A DNA stretch of 64,000 nt, taken from positions 124,001-188,000 of the forward strand of contig NIVC01001509.1 of assembly GCA_002269645.1 (NCBI GenBank). Reading direction: 5' to 3'. The stretch's first letter is position 1. Each line of letters starts with the position of its first letter. Shown one piece after another: positions 35,178 through 47,400 of the stretch. The translations under genes were made by a program, and so were the position numbers. Source of the DNA: Macrostomum lignano. Taxonomy: Eukaryota. A model generated the notes under the pieces. The model was not told the DNA's origin and did not search any database. It was given only the letters and a program-made list of their open reading frames with translations.

Positions 35178-35365
35178 AAATCTATGCCTGCTCCGTGAAT
35201 CTATGCCTGCTCCGTGAATCTATGCCTGCTCCGTGAATCTATGCCTGCTCCGTGAATCTATGCCTGCTCCGTGAATATATGCCTGCTCCGTGAATCTATG
35301 CCTGCTCCGTGAATCTATGCCTGCTCCGTGAATCTATGCCTGCTCCGTGAATCTATGCCTACTCC
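35178..35365. repeat. 19-bp minisatellite (GAATCTATGCCTGCTCCGT)
   Basis: About 9 copies. Confidence 0.93.
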
Positions 35366-35856
35366 ACACTTCGCACTAAGTGAATCTACATTCTACACGT
35401 ATGCCATTCCAGCTCAAAATTCTACTCGAATTGTTATTATCGTTGACAGAAATCTGTGGAACAGCCGAGTACTGAACACAGTCCGCACTTCCCTCCCCTC
35501 TCCCCCTCGCTCTCCACTGCTGAAGTTACCCAACAGTCAGAGCACAGCCGAGTCCTTAGCACTAATCCCCAGCAGTTCGCCAGCTGTTGCACCAGGGTTC
35601 GCAGCGGCAGGCAGCTCACAGCTTTGCCAAACTTGGAAGTCAAAAATTGTTCTGTCCCTTGAAGAGGCAGCCAGCACAGAGGGGAAAAATAGGCTAGTGG
35701 ACGATACGCAGATCCCCAAGCCAACAAGTCAGAACCCAACTCTCTGCCAAAGCGTTTTTAGTCCTGGCGACAACTGGCCTCCTACTGATCGTTAAACCCG
35801 CGCTCTCTCTCTGTTACACTTCCAATTCGACTCGCTAACTAAATTATCGAACAAGA

Positions 35857-38800
35857 ATGAATCTAACAGCCTTGACAACTGTCTGCATACTTTTTCTGAT
35901 AGCTGTGCATCACACAGGTATGTAGCTGAATCAGCATCAATACTTGTACATTAGTTGCAAGAATATTTATATCATATATTATGCCATAGACAAAACCAAT
36001 CCTGCACACCCGGAGAGATCTGTGCCATAGACACAACCAATCCTGCACACCCGGAGAGATCTGTGCCATAGACACAACCAATCCTGCACACCCGGAGAGA
36101 TCTGTGCCATAGACACAACCAATCCTGCACACCCGGAGAGATCTATGCCATAGACACAACCAATCCTGCACACCCGGAGAGATCTGTGCCATAGACACAA
36201 CCAATCCTGCACACCCGGAGAGATCTGTGCCATAGACACAACCAATCCTGCACACCCGGAGAGATCTATGCCATAGACACAACCAATCCTGCACACCCGG
36301 AGAGATCTGTGCCATAGACACAACCAATCCTGCACACCCGGAGAGATCTATGCCATAGACACAACCAATCCTGCACACCCGGAGAGATCTATGTCATAGA
36401 CACAACCAATCCTGCACACCCGGAGAGATCTGTGCCATAGACACAACCAATCCTGCACACCCGGAGAGATCTGTGCCATAGACACAACCAATCCTGCACA
36501 CTCGGAGAGATCTATGCCATAGACACAACCAATTCTGCACACTCGGAGAGATCTATGCCATAGACACAACCAATCCTGCACACCCGGAGAGATCTGTGCC
36601 ATAGACACAACCAATCCTGCACACCCGGAGAGATCTGTGCCATAGACACAACCAATCCTGCACACCCGGAGAGATCTGTGCCATAGACACAACCAATTCT
36701 GCACACCCGGAGAGATCTGTGCCATAGACACAACCAATCCTGCACACCCGGAGAGATCTTTGCCATAGACACAACCAATCCTGCACACCCGGAGAGATCT
36801 GTGCCATAGACACAACCAATCCTGCACACCCGGAGAGATATGTACCATAGACACAACCAATCCTGCACACCCGGAGAGATCTGTGCCATAGACACAACCA
36901 ATCCTGCACACCTGGAGAGATCTATGCCATAGACACAACCAATCCTGCACACCCGGAGAGATCTGTGCCATAGACACAACCAATCCTGCACACCCGGAGA
37001 GATCTGTGCCATAGACACAACCAATCCTGCACACCCGGAGAGATCTGTGCCATAGACACAATCAATCCTGCACACCTGGAGAGATCTATGCCATAGACAC
37101 AACCAATCCTGCACACCCGGAGAGATCTGTGCCATAGACACAACCAATCCTGCACACCCGGAGAGATCTATGCCATAGACACAACCAATCCTGCACACCC
37201 GGAGAGATCTATGCCATAGACACAACCAATCCTGCACACCCGGAGAGATCTGTGCCATAGACACAACCAATCCTGCACACCCGGAGAGATCTATGCCATA
37301 GACACAACCAATCCTGCACACCCGGAGAGATCTATGCCATAGACACAACCAATCCTGCACATCCGGAGAGATCTATGCCATAGACACAACCAATCCTGCA
37401 CACCCGGAGAGATCTGTGCCATAGACACAACCAATCCTGCACACCCGGAGAGATCTATGCCATAGACACAACCAATCCTGCACACCCGGAGAGATCTATG
37501 CCATAGACGCAACCAATCCTGCACACCCGGAGAGATCTGTGCCATAGACACAACCAATCCTGCACACCCGGAGAGATCTATGCCATAGACACAACCAATC
37601 CTGCACACCCGGAGAGATCTATGCCATAGACACAACCAATCCTGCACACCCGGAGAGATCTATGCCATAGACACAACCAATCCTGCACACCCGGAGAGAT
37701 CTATGCCATAGACACAACCAATTCTGCACACCCGGAGAGATCTGTGCCATAGACACAACCAATCGTGCACACCCGGAGAGATCTGTGCCATAGACACAAC
37801 CAATCCTGCACACCCGGAGAGATCTGTGCCATAGACACAACCAATCCTGCACACCCGGAGAGATCTGTGCCATAGACACAACCAATCCTGCACACCCGGA
37901 GAGATCTGTGCCATAGACACAACCAATCCTGCACACCCGGAGAGATCTGTGCCATAGACACAACCAATCCTGAACACAGAAAAAAACTTACATCTTCGGT
38001 TGCAAAATCTAATTCAGCAGTTTAAATTTCTGCCTCAACAGAACAGCTCACAGCTAATGGGACCATGACTGCTCCGCCGCCGACGACTGCCCATACGACT
38101 ACGACCGCCCCACCGCCAACGACATCGACAAATTCGACGACAGCGGCCAGCACGGCCAGCCCGGCCACAACTCGCACCTCAGCAGCCACAACCGCCCAGT
38201 CTACCAGTGCATCCACCACCAGTGCATCCACCACCAGCGCATCCACCACCAGTGCATCCACCACCAGTGCATCCACCACTGCCAAGCCCAGCCCGACAAC
38301 AACTACTTCTACTACTAGTACTACAACTACTACGTCTACGACTACAACTACAACTACCACGGCGGCCACAACTACAGCTAAGAAGAAGCCAAAGCGACTG
38401 TGCAAGTTTCCGTTCTGGCATCGGAACGAGTGGCAGCACGAGTGCATGCCATACGGCTCCAAGGGCGCGCACTGGTGCTCGCTGACTCGGAACTTCACTA
38501 GGGATGAGGAGTGGCGAGACTGCGCTAGTGAGCTGGGATTGAGAGCTGGGATTATTAGGATTGAGAACTGGGATTATTAGGATTGGGAACTGGGATTATT
38601 AGGATTGGGAACTGGGATTACTAGGATTGGGAACTGGGATTTCCGGGATTGGGAACTGGATGACTGGGATTGGGAAGTGGGATTACTGGGATTGGGAAGT
38701 GGGATTACTGGGATAACTGGGATTGGGAAGTGGGATTACTGGGATTGGGAAGTGGGATTACTGGGATTACTGGGATTGGGAAGTGGGATTACTGAGATTG

Positions 38801-40471
38801 GGAAGTGGGATTACTGAGATTGGGAAGGGGGATTACTGGGATTGGGAAGTGGGATTACTGGGATTACTGGGATTGGGAAGTGGGATTACTGAGATTGGGA
38901 AGTGGGATTACTGAGATTGGGAAGGGGGATTACTGGGATTGGGAAGTGGGATTACTGGGATTGGGAAGTGGGATGACTGGGATTGGGAGTGGGATTACTG
39001 GGATTACTGGGATTGGGAAGTGGGATTACTGGGATTACTGAGATTGGGAAGTGGGATTACTGGGATTGGGAAGTGGAATTACTGGGATTGGGAAGTGGGA
39101 TTACTGGGATTGGGAAGTGGGATTACTGGGATTGGGAAGTGGGATTATTATGATTAGGAATGTGACTGAGAAGTTTGATTTCTGAAGTCCGGAGCTATTA
39201 AAGCGCCATCAGAAATATTTCAAACCTGCAGGATACGACCTGATGCGGTACAAGTGCTCTGTGCCATTCCACCACGCGGGCAAGACGCACACCGAGTGCC
39301 AGCCGCTGCAGCTGGAGCCACTGGCCCGGCGAATCTTCTGGTGCTCCCTGGTGCCCAGCATCTCCAGCGTCACCTGGGCGAACCTCGGCACCGACTGGAC
39401 CTTCTGCGAGGCGGCCAACGCCACCGGCCCCGACTACCTGAAATCCGTGGCCGGCTATCGTAGCCAGGCCGACGCCCAGATTCACGGTAACCATGGCAAC
39501 AAGAATGACACAACTATGGCGAAACTTATTGAGCACGCTGTGCAGCAGGCGGGCGACTCAAAATCGGCGAATTCCGATGGCGACTCCACCGGAAGTGGCG
39601 GAGCCGCAGCCGCCACGCCGAGCTCCGTGCTGGGCGTCGCTCTGGGCATCGTTGGTCTGATCTTGGCCGCTGTGGCCGTGGCGGCCGCCTTTGCCGTGCA
39701 CAGGAGGTAATTCAGGGGGGTGCGAAACTACCTCTGATGTGATAAGCGCCTTGAGATTTTCTAACTCTTCACTTCAGTGATTAGAGGTCCGCATTTCATG
39801 CTTCACCATTCACAATTCACGATTCACGTTTCACGCTTTACCATTCACAATTCACGAATCACGATTCACGAATCAAGATTCACGAATCAAGATTCCCGAT
39901 TCACGATTCATAATTCACGGTTCACGATTCATGATTCACGATTCACGCTTTACCATTCGCGATTCACGATTCACGCTTCATGATTTATTATTCACAATTC
40001 ACGCTTTATTATTCGCGATTCACGATTCACGCTTCATGATTTGTGACTCACAATTCCCGCTTTACTATTCGCGATTCACGATTCACGCTTTATAATTCAC
40101 GACTCACGATTCATGGTTCACGATTCATGATTCACGATTCACGCTTTACCATTCGCGATTCGTGATTCGTGCTTTAAGATTCACGATTCATAATTCACAA
40201 CTCAAGATTCTCGATTCACGCTTCGTATTCTTAAATTATTGCACGATCTCAGTTCGCCACTTCACACGCTTTTTAAACTACTGTCGAGCTTCATAGTAGT
40301 CTGAAAGGGTTTTTAATTGAAGAATCAAGCTGGGTAAGAATAATTGCTATTAAACGAACAATCCACCGGGCCCATTCCAGAAATCAGTACAAGCGGATCG
40401 ATCCGCTGCTCTCGTCTGAGCAGGGAGCCGACAAAAGCAGCTACGGTGGAATGCAGGCCTATCACGACTGA
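35857..40471 (+). CDS. Type I membrane protein, 370 aa: signal peptide, Thr/Ser mucin stalk, two fibronectin type II-like domains, TM, short tail; exons 35857-35917, 38042-38527, 39232-39706, 40381-40471
   Basis: Signal peptide MNLTALTTVCILFLIAVHHT; about 110 aa of T/S/A; FN2-like CKFPFWHRNEWQHEC..HWCSLTRNFTRDEEWRDC and CSVPFHHAGKTHTEC..FWCSL..WTFC; TM VLGVALGIVGLILAAVAVAAAFAV; tail HRRNQYKRIDPLLSSEQGADKSSYGGMQAYHD*. Splice phases 1/1/2 are consistent; 1113 nt in total. Confidence 0.8.
35985..37975. repeat. 41-bp minisatellite (GCCATAGACACAACCAATCCTGCACACCCGGAGAGATCTGT)
   Basis: About 48 copies filling intron 1 of the FN2 gene. Confidence 0.97.
38535..39155. repeat. G-rich 22-bp/9-bp composite repeat (CTGGGATTGGGAAGTGGGATTA)
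   Basis: Fills intron 2 of the FN2 gene; three GGG runs per unit. Confidence 0.93.
39805..40225. repeat. 7-bp repeat (ATTCACG)n, diverged
   Basis: About 60 copies in intron 3 of the FN2 gene. Confidence 0.9.
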
Positions 40472-40774
40472 CCGCGGCTCTGTCGCTTCCTCATCTTGCT
40501 TGCAATTTGTTCCTTATTAAACGTTTACTAATCATTGAAAATTCATGCTTATAATTATGATCAAACAATACAATTTAAACAGCTCATGCTGCCGTGTACG
40601 GCATTAACTTAAAATCTGATCGCTTGTGAGCTTGCCGATCACCATCCAGGGCGCGGGTTTTATTGTTTGATTTTTGAAGTGATTTCATTCCAAGAAAGAA
40701 TTATTCTGCGTCTGCCCATTCAGTGATAAAAATTAGAGAACTCCTTGTGCTTTTCTGTGAATGGATCATCTCAG

Positions 40775-41090
40775 TGTATTCTCCCTAGATCTTAGTCCAG
40801 TCTCACTAGATTTCAGTCCAATTCTCACTAGATTTCAGTCTAGTCTCACTAGATTTCAGTCCAGTCTCACTAAATCTCAGTCTAGTCTCACTAGATCTCA
40901 TTTCAGTCTCACTAGATCTCAGTCCAGTCTCACACTTAGATCTTAGTCCAGTCTCACTCGATCTCAGTAATCTCATTCCAGTCTCACTAGATCTCAGTCC
41001 AGTCTCACACTTAGATCTTAGTCCAGTCTCACTAGATCTCAGTAATCTCAGTCCAGTATCACTAGATCTCAGTACAGTCTCGCTAGATCT
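40775..41090. repeat. ~21-bp repeat (CTCACTAGATCTCAGTCCAGT)
   Basis: About 14 diverged copies, intergenic. Confidence 0.88.
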
Positions 41091-41876
41091 CTGGGCTCTG
41101 AGTGTCTGTGATGACGAATGTCACTCAATTGTGATCAGGCGATATTTCGGTTGCTTGCATAATTTCAATGTACTTCAGTCAAGTTATAAGAAACTTTTAT
41201 GTATTACTCTACTAATAGTAGAAAGGAAATACGTTACCAATAAAATCATTAAAATGTTTATTACATCTGCTGCCCTGGAAAAATTAGCAGGTCTTAATCA
41301 CTTCACTACATAAGGGTTGCAACTTTCTTAGTCATTTCTTATAGTTCATCTGCACTCGTCTCTGTTTACTGTTTTCTCTCCCTCTCTGTCCAGTTCAATC
41401 TTGTCATTCTTATCTCTCCCATTGCTGCCTTCTGATTGGCTGTTCAATCTCGCCTCTTTCCTTAGTCGCGCACTTCACTCCACCCCTCCTTTTCCTATTT
41501 GCACTCAACCCCCCAGTTAATGTCTTTTAAATGTACCTGTTTAAGTTCATCGCCCTACTTACTGTTTGGTTTCAACTCTAATCGAAAAGTTTTCCTAAAT
41601 AAAATTTCATTACACAGAGCTGTCAGTTGAAGCAAAAACTTTCGGGAAGCAGCTCGAAAACTCGATGAAAGTGTAGCGTTTACTAAAGGTTATTTTGTTT
41701 GTGGAGTTAAATTGCCGCGATATTTCTGAACCATAGGACTGCATCGTGACAGCCAACATCCGGTTACCGGAAAGACCAAACGAAAAATGATTCCAGCGAT
41801 CAACCTCTCTATTCTGACAGTATAAAATCAACAGTATTCACAATTGCAGCCAGTTCCCGGACAAACATCTCCAATT

Positions 41877-42911
41877 ATGCTGCTAGTAGTTCAACTGTTT
41901 CTGCTGTTGCTGCTGAATCTGCAGGTGGAAGCAGCAGACTCGTCCAACAACCAAGAGCGATGCGAACCAATCGCAGTTCCAATGTGTCAGGGGCTTGGCT
42001 ACAATTTTACTACCAAGACGCATAGCCTGATGGGCAGTGACCAAGAAGAGATTGGCCTTAATCTGCACTCATTCAGGCCGCTGGTCCAGGTTGGATGCTC
42101 AAAGGACCTGAAATTCTTTCTCTGCTCTGCCGCACTTCCGATGTGCGCACCGAGTTACGCGCGGCCAATTGGTCCGTGCCGTCATCTGTGTAAGAGAGCT
42201 CGGCGAGGCTGCCGACCCTTGATGCGGCAGTACGGATTCGACTGGCCAAGTGTGCTCAGGTGCAGTCGCTTCCCGGATGTTGGAGGAAACAGACCGTGTT
42301 TGGGGGACCTGAATAGCGGTGGCGGTAGCTTCGGAAGCGGAAGCGCCGACCGAGATGGGAGCGGAAGCGCCGACCGAGATGGGAGCGGAAGCGCCGACCG
42401 AGATGGGAGCGGAAGCGCCGACCGAGATGGGAGCGGAAGCGCCGACCGAGATGGGAGCGGAAGCGCCGACCGAGATGGGAGCGGAAGCGCCGACCGAGAT
42501 GGAAGCGGAAGCGGCGACCGAGATGGAAGCGGAAGCGGCGACCGAGACGGAAGCGGAAGCGGCGACCGAGACGGAAGCGGAAGCGCCGACCGAGATGGGA
42601 GCGGAAGCGCCGACCGAGATGGAAGCGGAAGCGGCGACCGAGATGGGAGCGGAAGCGTCGACCGAGACGGAAGCGGAAGCGCCGACCGAGATGGGAGCGG
42701 AAGCGGCGACCGAGACGGAAGCGGAAGCGCCGACCGAGATGGGAGCGGAAGCGCCGACCGAGATGGGAGCGGAAGCGCCGACCGAGATGGGAGCGGAAGC
42801 GTCGACCGAGACGGAAGCGGAAGCGCCGACCGAGATGGGAGCGGAAGCGCCGACCGAGACGGAAGCGGAAGAGCCAACGACGGCGATAGAAGCGAAACCT
42901 GCGAATGTTAA
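41877..42911 (+). CDS. Secreted Frizzled cysteine-rich-domain protein with ~22 GSGSADRD tandem repeats (no 7TM, no netrin domain)
   Basis: Signal peptide MLLVVQLFLLLLLNLQVEA; complete 10-Cys CRD (CEPIAVPMCQGLGYNFT..GCSKDLKFFLCSAALPMC..GPCRHLCKRARRGC..YGFDWPSVLRCSRFP..PC); in-frame 24-bp repeat; ends ETCEC*. TATAAAA at 41821. Confidence 0.82.
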   Translation: MLLVVQLFLLLLLNLQVEAADSSNNQERCEPIAVPMCQGLGYNFTTKTHSLMGSDQEEIGLNLHSFRPLVQVGCSKDLKFFLCSAALPMCAPSYARPIGPCRHLCKRARRGCRPLMRQYGFDWPSVLRCSRFPDVGGNRPCLGDLNSGGGSFGSGSADRDGSGSADRDGSGSADRDGSGSADRDGSGSADRDGSGSADRDGSGSADRDGSGSGDRDGSGSGDRDGSGSGDRDGSGSADRDGSGSADRDGSGSGDRDGSGSVDRDGSGSADRDGSGSGDRDGSGSADRDGSGSADRDGSGSADRDGSGSVDRDGSGSADRDGSGSADRDGSGRANDGDRSETCEC

Positions 42912-43285
42912 ATAGGCAGCAGAGGCGGCAGCGGCATTGACGATTGACTCAACTATTCTTCTTCCGGTTGACGAAACTTTATGATGAATTTTACTCATAT
43001 TAAGATGTATGAAATATTTAATAATACAGACAACTACTTTAGGCTTCTGCAAGTGATCTCATTCTATGTGTAGTTTGGGTTTGACTTTGTGTTGTGTCAC
43101 TATGTTTCCTCAGTCAAGCGGCGCTTAGGGCTAGCGCTTTTTCATGCTTTTTTAACTCCTGCTGATAATCAAAAACACACACCGGCATTGTACGTCTACT
43201 TGCACCCTGGCACAATAGCAATTATTGCATAAAACATAGATATAAATATTTTCCTGGACATATTTGCGTTCTCCGGGATTTTATT

Positions 43286-43471
43286 CTGACTGACTGACTG
43301 ACTGACTGACTGACTGACTGACTGACTGACTGACTGACTGACTGACTGACTGACTGACTGACTGACTGACTGACTGACTGACTGACTGACTGACTGACTG
43401 ACTGACTGACTGACTGACTGACTGACTGACTGACTGACTGACTGACTGACTGACTGACTGACTGACTGACT
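43286..43471. repeat. (GACT)n microsatellite
   Basis: About 46 perfect copies. Confidence 0.98.
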
Positions 43472-44409
43472 AGTTTGACTAGTTTATCAACTAGTTTGAC
43501 TCATCTGCTTGGCTCCCCCACCCACCCACGAACAGCCACTACGATTCCGACAGAGTCTGTCGATCGGTGAGCTGCTAAAAAATTCAGAGACAGAGGCGAG
43601 GCAGCCCCTGCTTCAACCAAAAGACCGCAGTGGCCGTCTCAGCGCACCATACAAGGAATATCTGTTGGAAGTGCTGAGTTGAGGCAGTGGGAGGCCACAG
43701 CACAGCAGGCTGCACAGCGCATAGCGACTCTCCCCAATAACAATCCTCCCACAGTGGCAGACTGCGCAGTGGCTGCTGCTCCGCATGCAACCAGCAGTTT
43801 TTTTTTCACGCTCGCAGCCCAGCTCTGCAGCTGAAAATTTCGCATCCACGCGAATGGAACTTCGATTATCGATTCGAGTTTTCTTTTGGAAGGAGGCGGG
43901 TGTAGAGAGGGTGGTGGGGGGGGGTTACTGCGCAGAGAGAAGGAGCAAAAGCATTGAAGGCGAACTGGAGGCAGCAATGTCTTTGGGAGGAAAACCTTGA
44001 GCTTGCTGACTGACTGAGTCTCCGGTCTGGTGGGTGGGTGAGGTTGGTTTTTTTTCCTGCTGGTAGCAAAGCGAGATCGGGCTGTGGTGGCTCGGATGGC
44101 CCGGTAGCGCCCTCCCTCCTCGCCTGCCTGCCCCCCGGAGCCGCAGCGCTGCAACGCCAACCAGTGGCGACGGCGTTCGCTGACTGTTCGGTTCTTCAGG
44201 CCGGCCCCACTCTGGCCTTGGCGCATTGAAAGCAGCAAAATAAGCTGACACTGAGAAGGGAGCGAACACGCAGAGACAGAGAGAGAGAGAGGACAGGAGG
44301 ATATCGCAAGCGGCTACTTCCCGATCTCTCCAGCCTCCCTGTTCCAGGTAAATTTTTCCCGAGCGACAACAGCAACCGGGGGAGACTGTCAGGAAGTCAC
44401 GGCTCGCTA

Positions 44410-47400
44410 ATGGCCTGTCGATTCCGGATTTTTGCAGCCTCGCTGCTGCTAATCGGTGAGTTCAACCTGGTGCCGTGTGCAGTTCCGCTTCTGAGGCTCT
44501 GTTGACGTCCGTTGGGGATTTTTTATACCTTTTGACATTACATGCACTCCTAAAGACCAGTGCGGACCATTTGCGACTCTTGGAGGACAGGAGATTTTTT
44601 GAGACATTAGATGACCATTAAATAACTATCTGTGACCTCTGGGAATCATTGAGAATCATAGAAGATCATTGGGACCATTGGGGAAAATTTGGGACCATTG
44701 GGCACCATGGGAGACCATTGGAGACCATTGGGCACTGTGGGAGACCATTGGGGACCTTTGGGGACCATTGGGGCCCATTGGGGACCATTGGGAACCATTG
44801 GAGACCATTGGGGACCATTGGAGACCATTGGGCACCGCGGGAGACCATTGGGGACCTTTGGGGACCATTGGAGACCATTGGGGACCATTGGAGACCATTG
44901 GGCACCGCGGGAGACCTTTGGGGACCATTGGGAACCATTGGAGACCATTGGGGACCTTTGGGGGACCATTGGGGACCATTGGGGACCATTGGAGACCATT
45001 GGGGACCATTGGAGACCATTGGGCACCGCGGGAGACCATGAGAGACCATTAAAGTAGTCCGTTAAAGCGATCTACTTTACCACCAGAGAGACCAGTTTTG
45101 TAAAAAAAACTTTCGCCTAATCATTTTGTTCAGTCATTTTCGAGTCTCTAAGCTGCCATGCCAGCGATGAGCCGACTCTGCGCGAGTTGATGGAGCAGGA
45201 CCTGAAGGCCAAGCAGCAGGCCGAGCTGGGACTGTCACCCACGCCTACAGCCGAGTCGTCTGGCAAGAAGGCGGCCACGACGGCTGCCAGCTCATCGGAT
45301 GACAAGTGAGAGACTGCAGCATCCGCTTGCTGGGATTATTTGGGCAGCAACTGCTTGCAGTAATGCTCACGCAATGTTCCATAGCAGGGGCAGGCAAACT
45401 CCGGCTCGCGGGGCGAAGCTTCTTTATTGGGCCCTCGGATCCGTGAAACCTCACGGATTGAATAGCAATCCGGCCCGCTTAAAGTTTCTGTCTCTTATCA
45501 GCCCCCTATTCTTTTTTTCTCCTCTCTCCTCTCTCCTCTCATCTCCCCTCTCCTCTCTCCCTCCTCTCTCCTCTCTGCTTCCTCTCTCTTCTTTCCCTCC
45601 TCTCTCATCTCGTCTCTCCTCTCCTCTCCTCTCTCCCCTTTTCTCTCTCCCCTCCTTTCCCCTTCCTCTCCTCTTTCCTCTCTCCCCTAGTTGTTCCTTG
45701 TTCCTTGAGTTCCCCTAGTGCTTGTTCCTTCCATGATTAAAACAAAATACCGCGCTCCCTTACCATCCAACTCGCCTCGAGTCAGAGTGCTCACTCCAAC
45801 TGGTCTCGAATCAGAGTGCTCACTCCAACTGGTCTCGAATCAGAGTGCTCACTCCAACTGGTCTCGAATCAGAGTGCTCACTCCAACTGGTCTCGAATCA
45901 GAGTGCTCACTCCAACTGGTCTCGAATCAGAGTGCTCACTCCAACTGGTCTCGAATCAGAGTGCTCACTCCAACTGGTCTCGAATCAGAGTGCTCACTTC
46001 AACTGGTCTCGAATCAGAGTGCTCACTCCAACTCACTCGTCTCAAATCAGAGTGCTCACTCCAACTCGTCTCGAATCAGAGTGCTCACTCCAACTCGTCT
46101 CGAATCAGAGTGTTCACTCCAACTCACTTGTCTCGAATCAGAGTGTTCACTCTAACTCACTCGTCTCGAATCAGACTGCTCACTCTAACTCACTCGTCTC
46201 GAATCAGAGTACTCACTCTAACTCACTCGTCTCGAATCAGAGTGCTCACTCCAACTCGTCTCGAATCAGAGTGTTCACTCCAACTCACTCGTCTCGAATC
46301 AGAGTGCTCACTCCAACTCGTCTCGAATCAGAGTGCTCACTCCAACTCGTCTCGAATCATAGTGCTCACTCTAACTCACTCGTCTCGAATCATAGTGCTC
46401 ACTCCAACTCGTCTCAAATCAGAGTGCTCACTCCAACTCACTCGTCTCGAATCAGAGTGCTCACTCCAACTCACTCGTCTCGAATCAGAGTGGTCACTCC
46501 AACTCACTCGTCTCGAATCAGAGTGCTCACTCCAACTCACTCGTCTCGAATCAGAGTGGTCACTCCAACTCACTCGTCTCGAATCAGAGTGCTCACTCCA
46601 ACTGGCCTCGAATCAGAGTGCTCACTCCAACTCGTCTCGAATCATAGTGCTCACTCCAACTCACTCGTCTCGAATCAGAGTGCTCACTCCAACTCACAGT
46701 AAAGCTGAGTAGCTGCTCCAACCCATCTCTAAGCAGGGTTACGGCTTACTGCTCAACTTCACTTGGACTCAGAATGTCTGCTTTAACTCACCTCAATGCT
46801 GAGTCTTTGTTTCAACTCTCCGGTCGTGCCAGCTACACCAACTATCACTGTGGCTTCGCTTTTCAGGAAAGGCAAAAAAAGACAAGAGTAAAAAGGGCAA
46901 GAAAGATGCAAAGAAGGATAAGAAGGACAAGAAAGATGACAAGAAGGACAAGAAGGACAAGAAGGACAAGAAAGACAAGAAGGACAAGAAAGATGACAAG
47001 AAGGACAAGAAAGATGACAAGAAGGACAAGAAAGATGACAAGGACAAGAAAGATGACAAGAAGGACAAGAAGAAGAAAAAGAAGGCTGCCGCAGCTGTGG
47101 CCAGCCACCAAGAGATGTCGGCCCAGGCGCAGCACCAGGCGCCGGTTAAGCAGAGCGGCGGCTCGGCTCCCAGCGGTGCCACCCTCGGCACCTCCGCCAT
47201 GATCGGCATCGGCGTTGGCGTCGGCGTCGCCTGCCTGGTGGCCGTCGGCTCAGTTATCGGTGTGCTGGTGCACCTCAGGTGAGACTATTTGGTGCCAGTT
47301 GGCAGGGGAGCATTTGGCAAACCTTCTGGTGAAGCTTCGTGCACGAGGTAAAAATGAATGCGGACGCTCATGGAATCGAACCCCGGGTAACTTTGATTCG

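Noticed and set aside
35863-37977. Cys/Trp-rich repeat ORFs on the minus strand
   Set aside because: A 41-bp array (not a multiple of 3) inside intron 1 of the FN2 gene.
38535-39155. GGGATT motifs as interstitial telomere repeats
   Set aside because: GGGATT is the reverse, not the reverse complement, of TTAGGG, and it is embedded in a 22-bp unit.
42099-43052. Antisense and alternative-frame ORFs over the 24-bp repeat (ASAPISVG, EAPTEMG)
   Set aside because: Only the GSGSADRD frame is continuous with the signal peptide and CRD.
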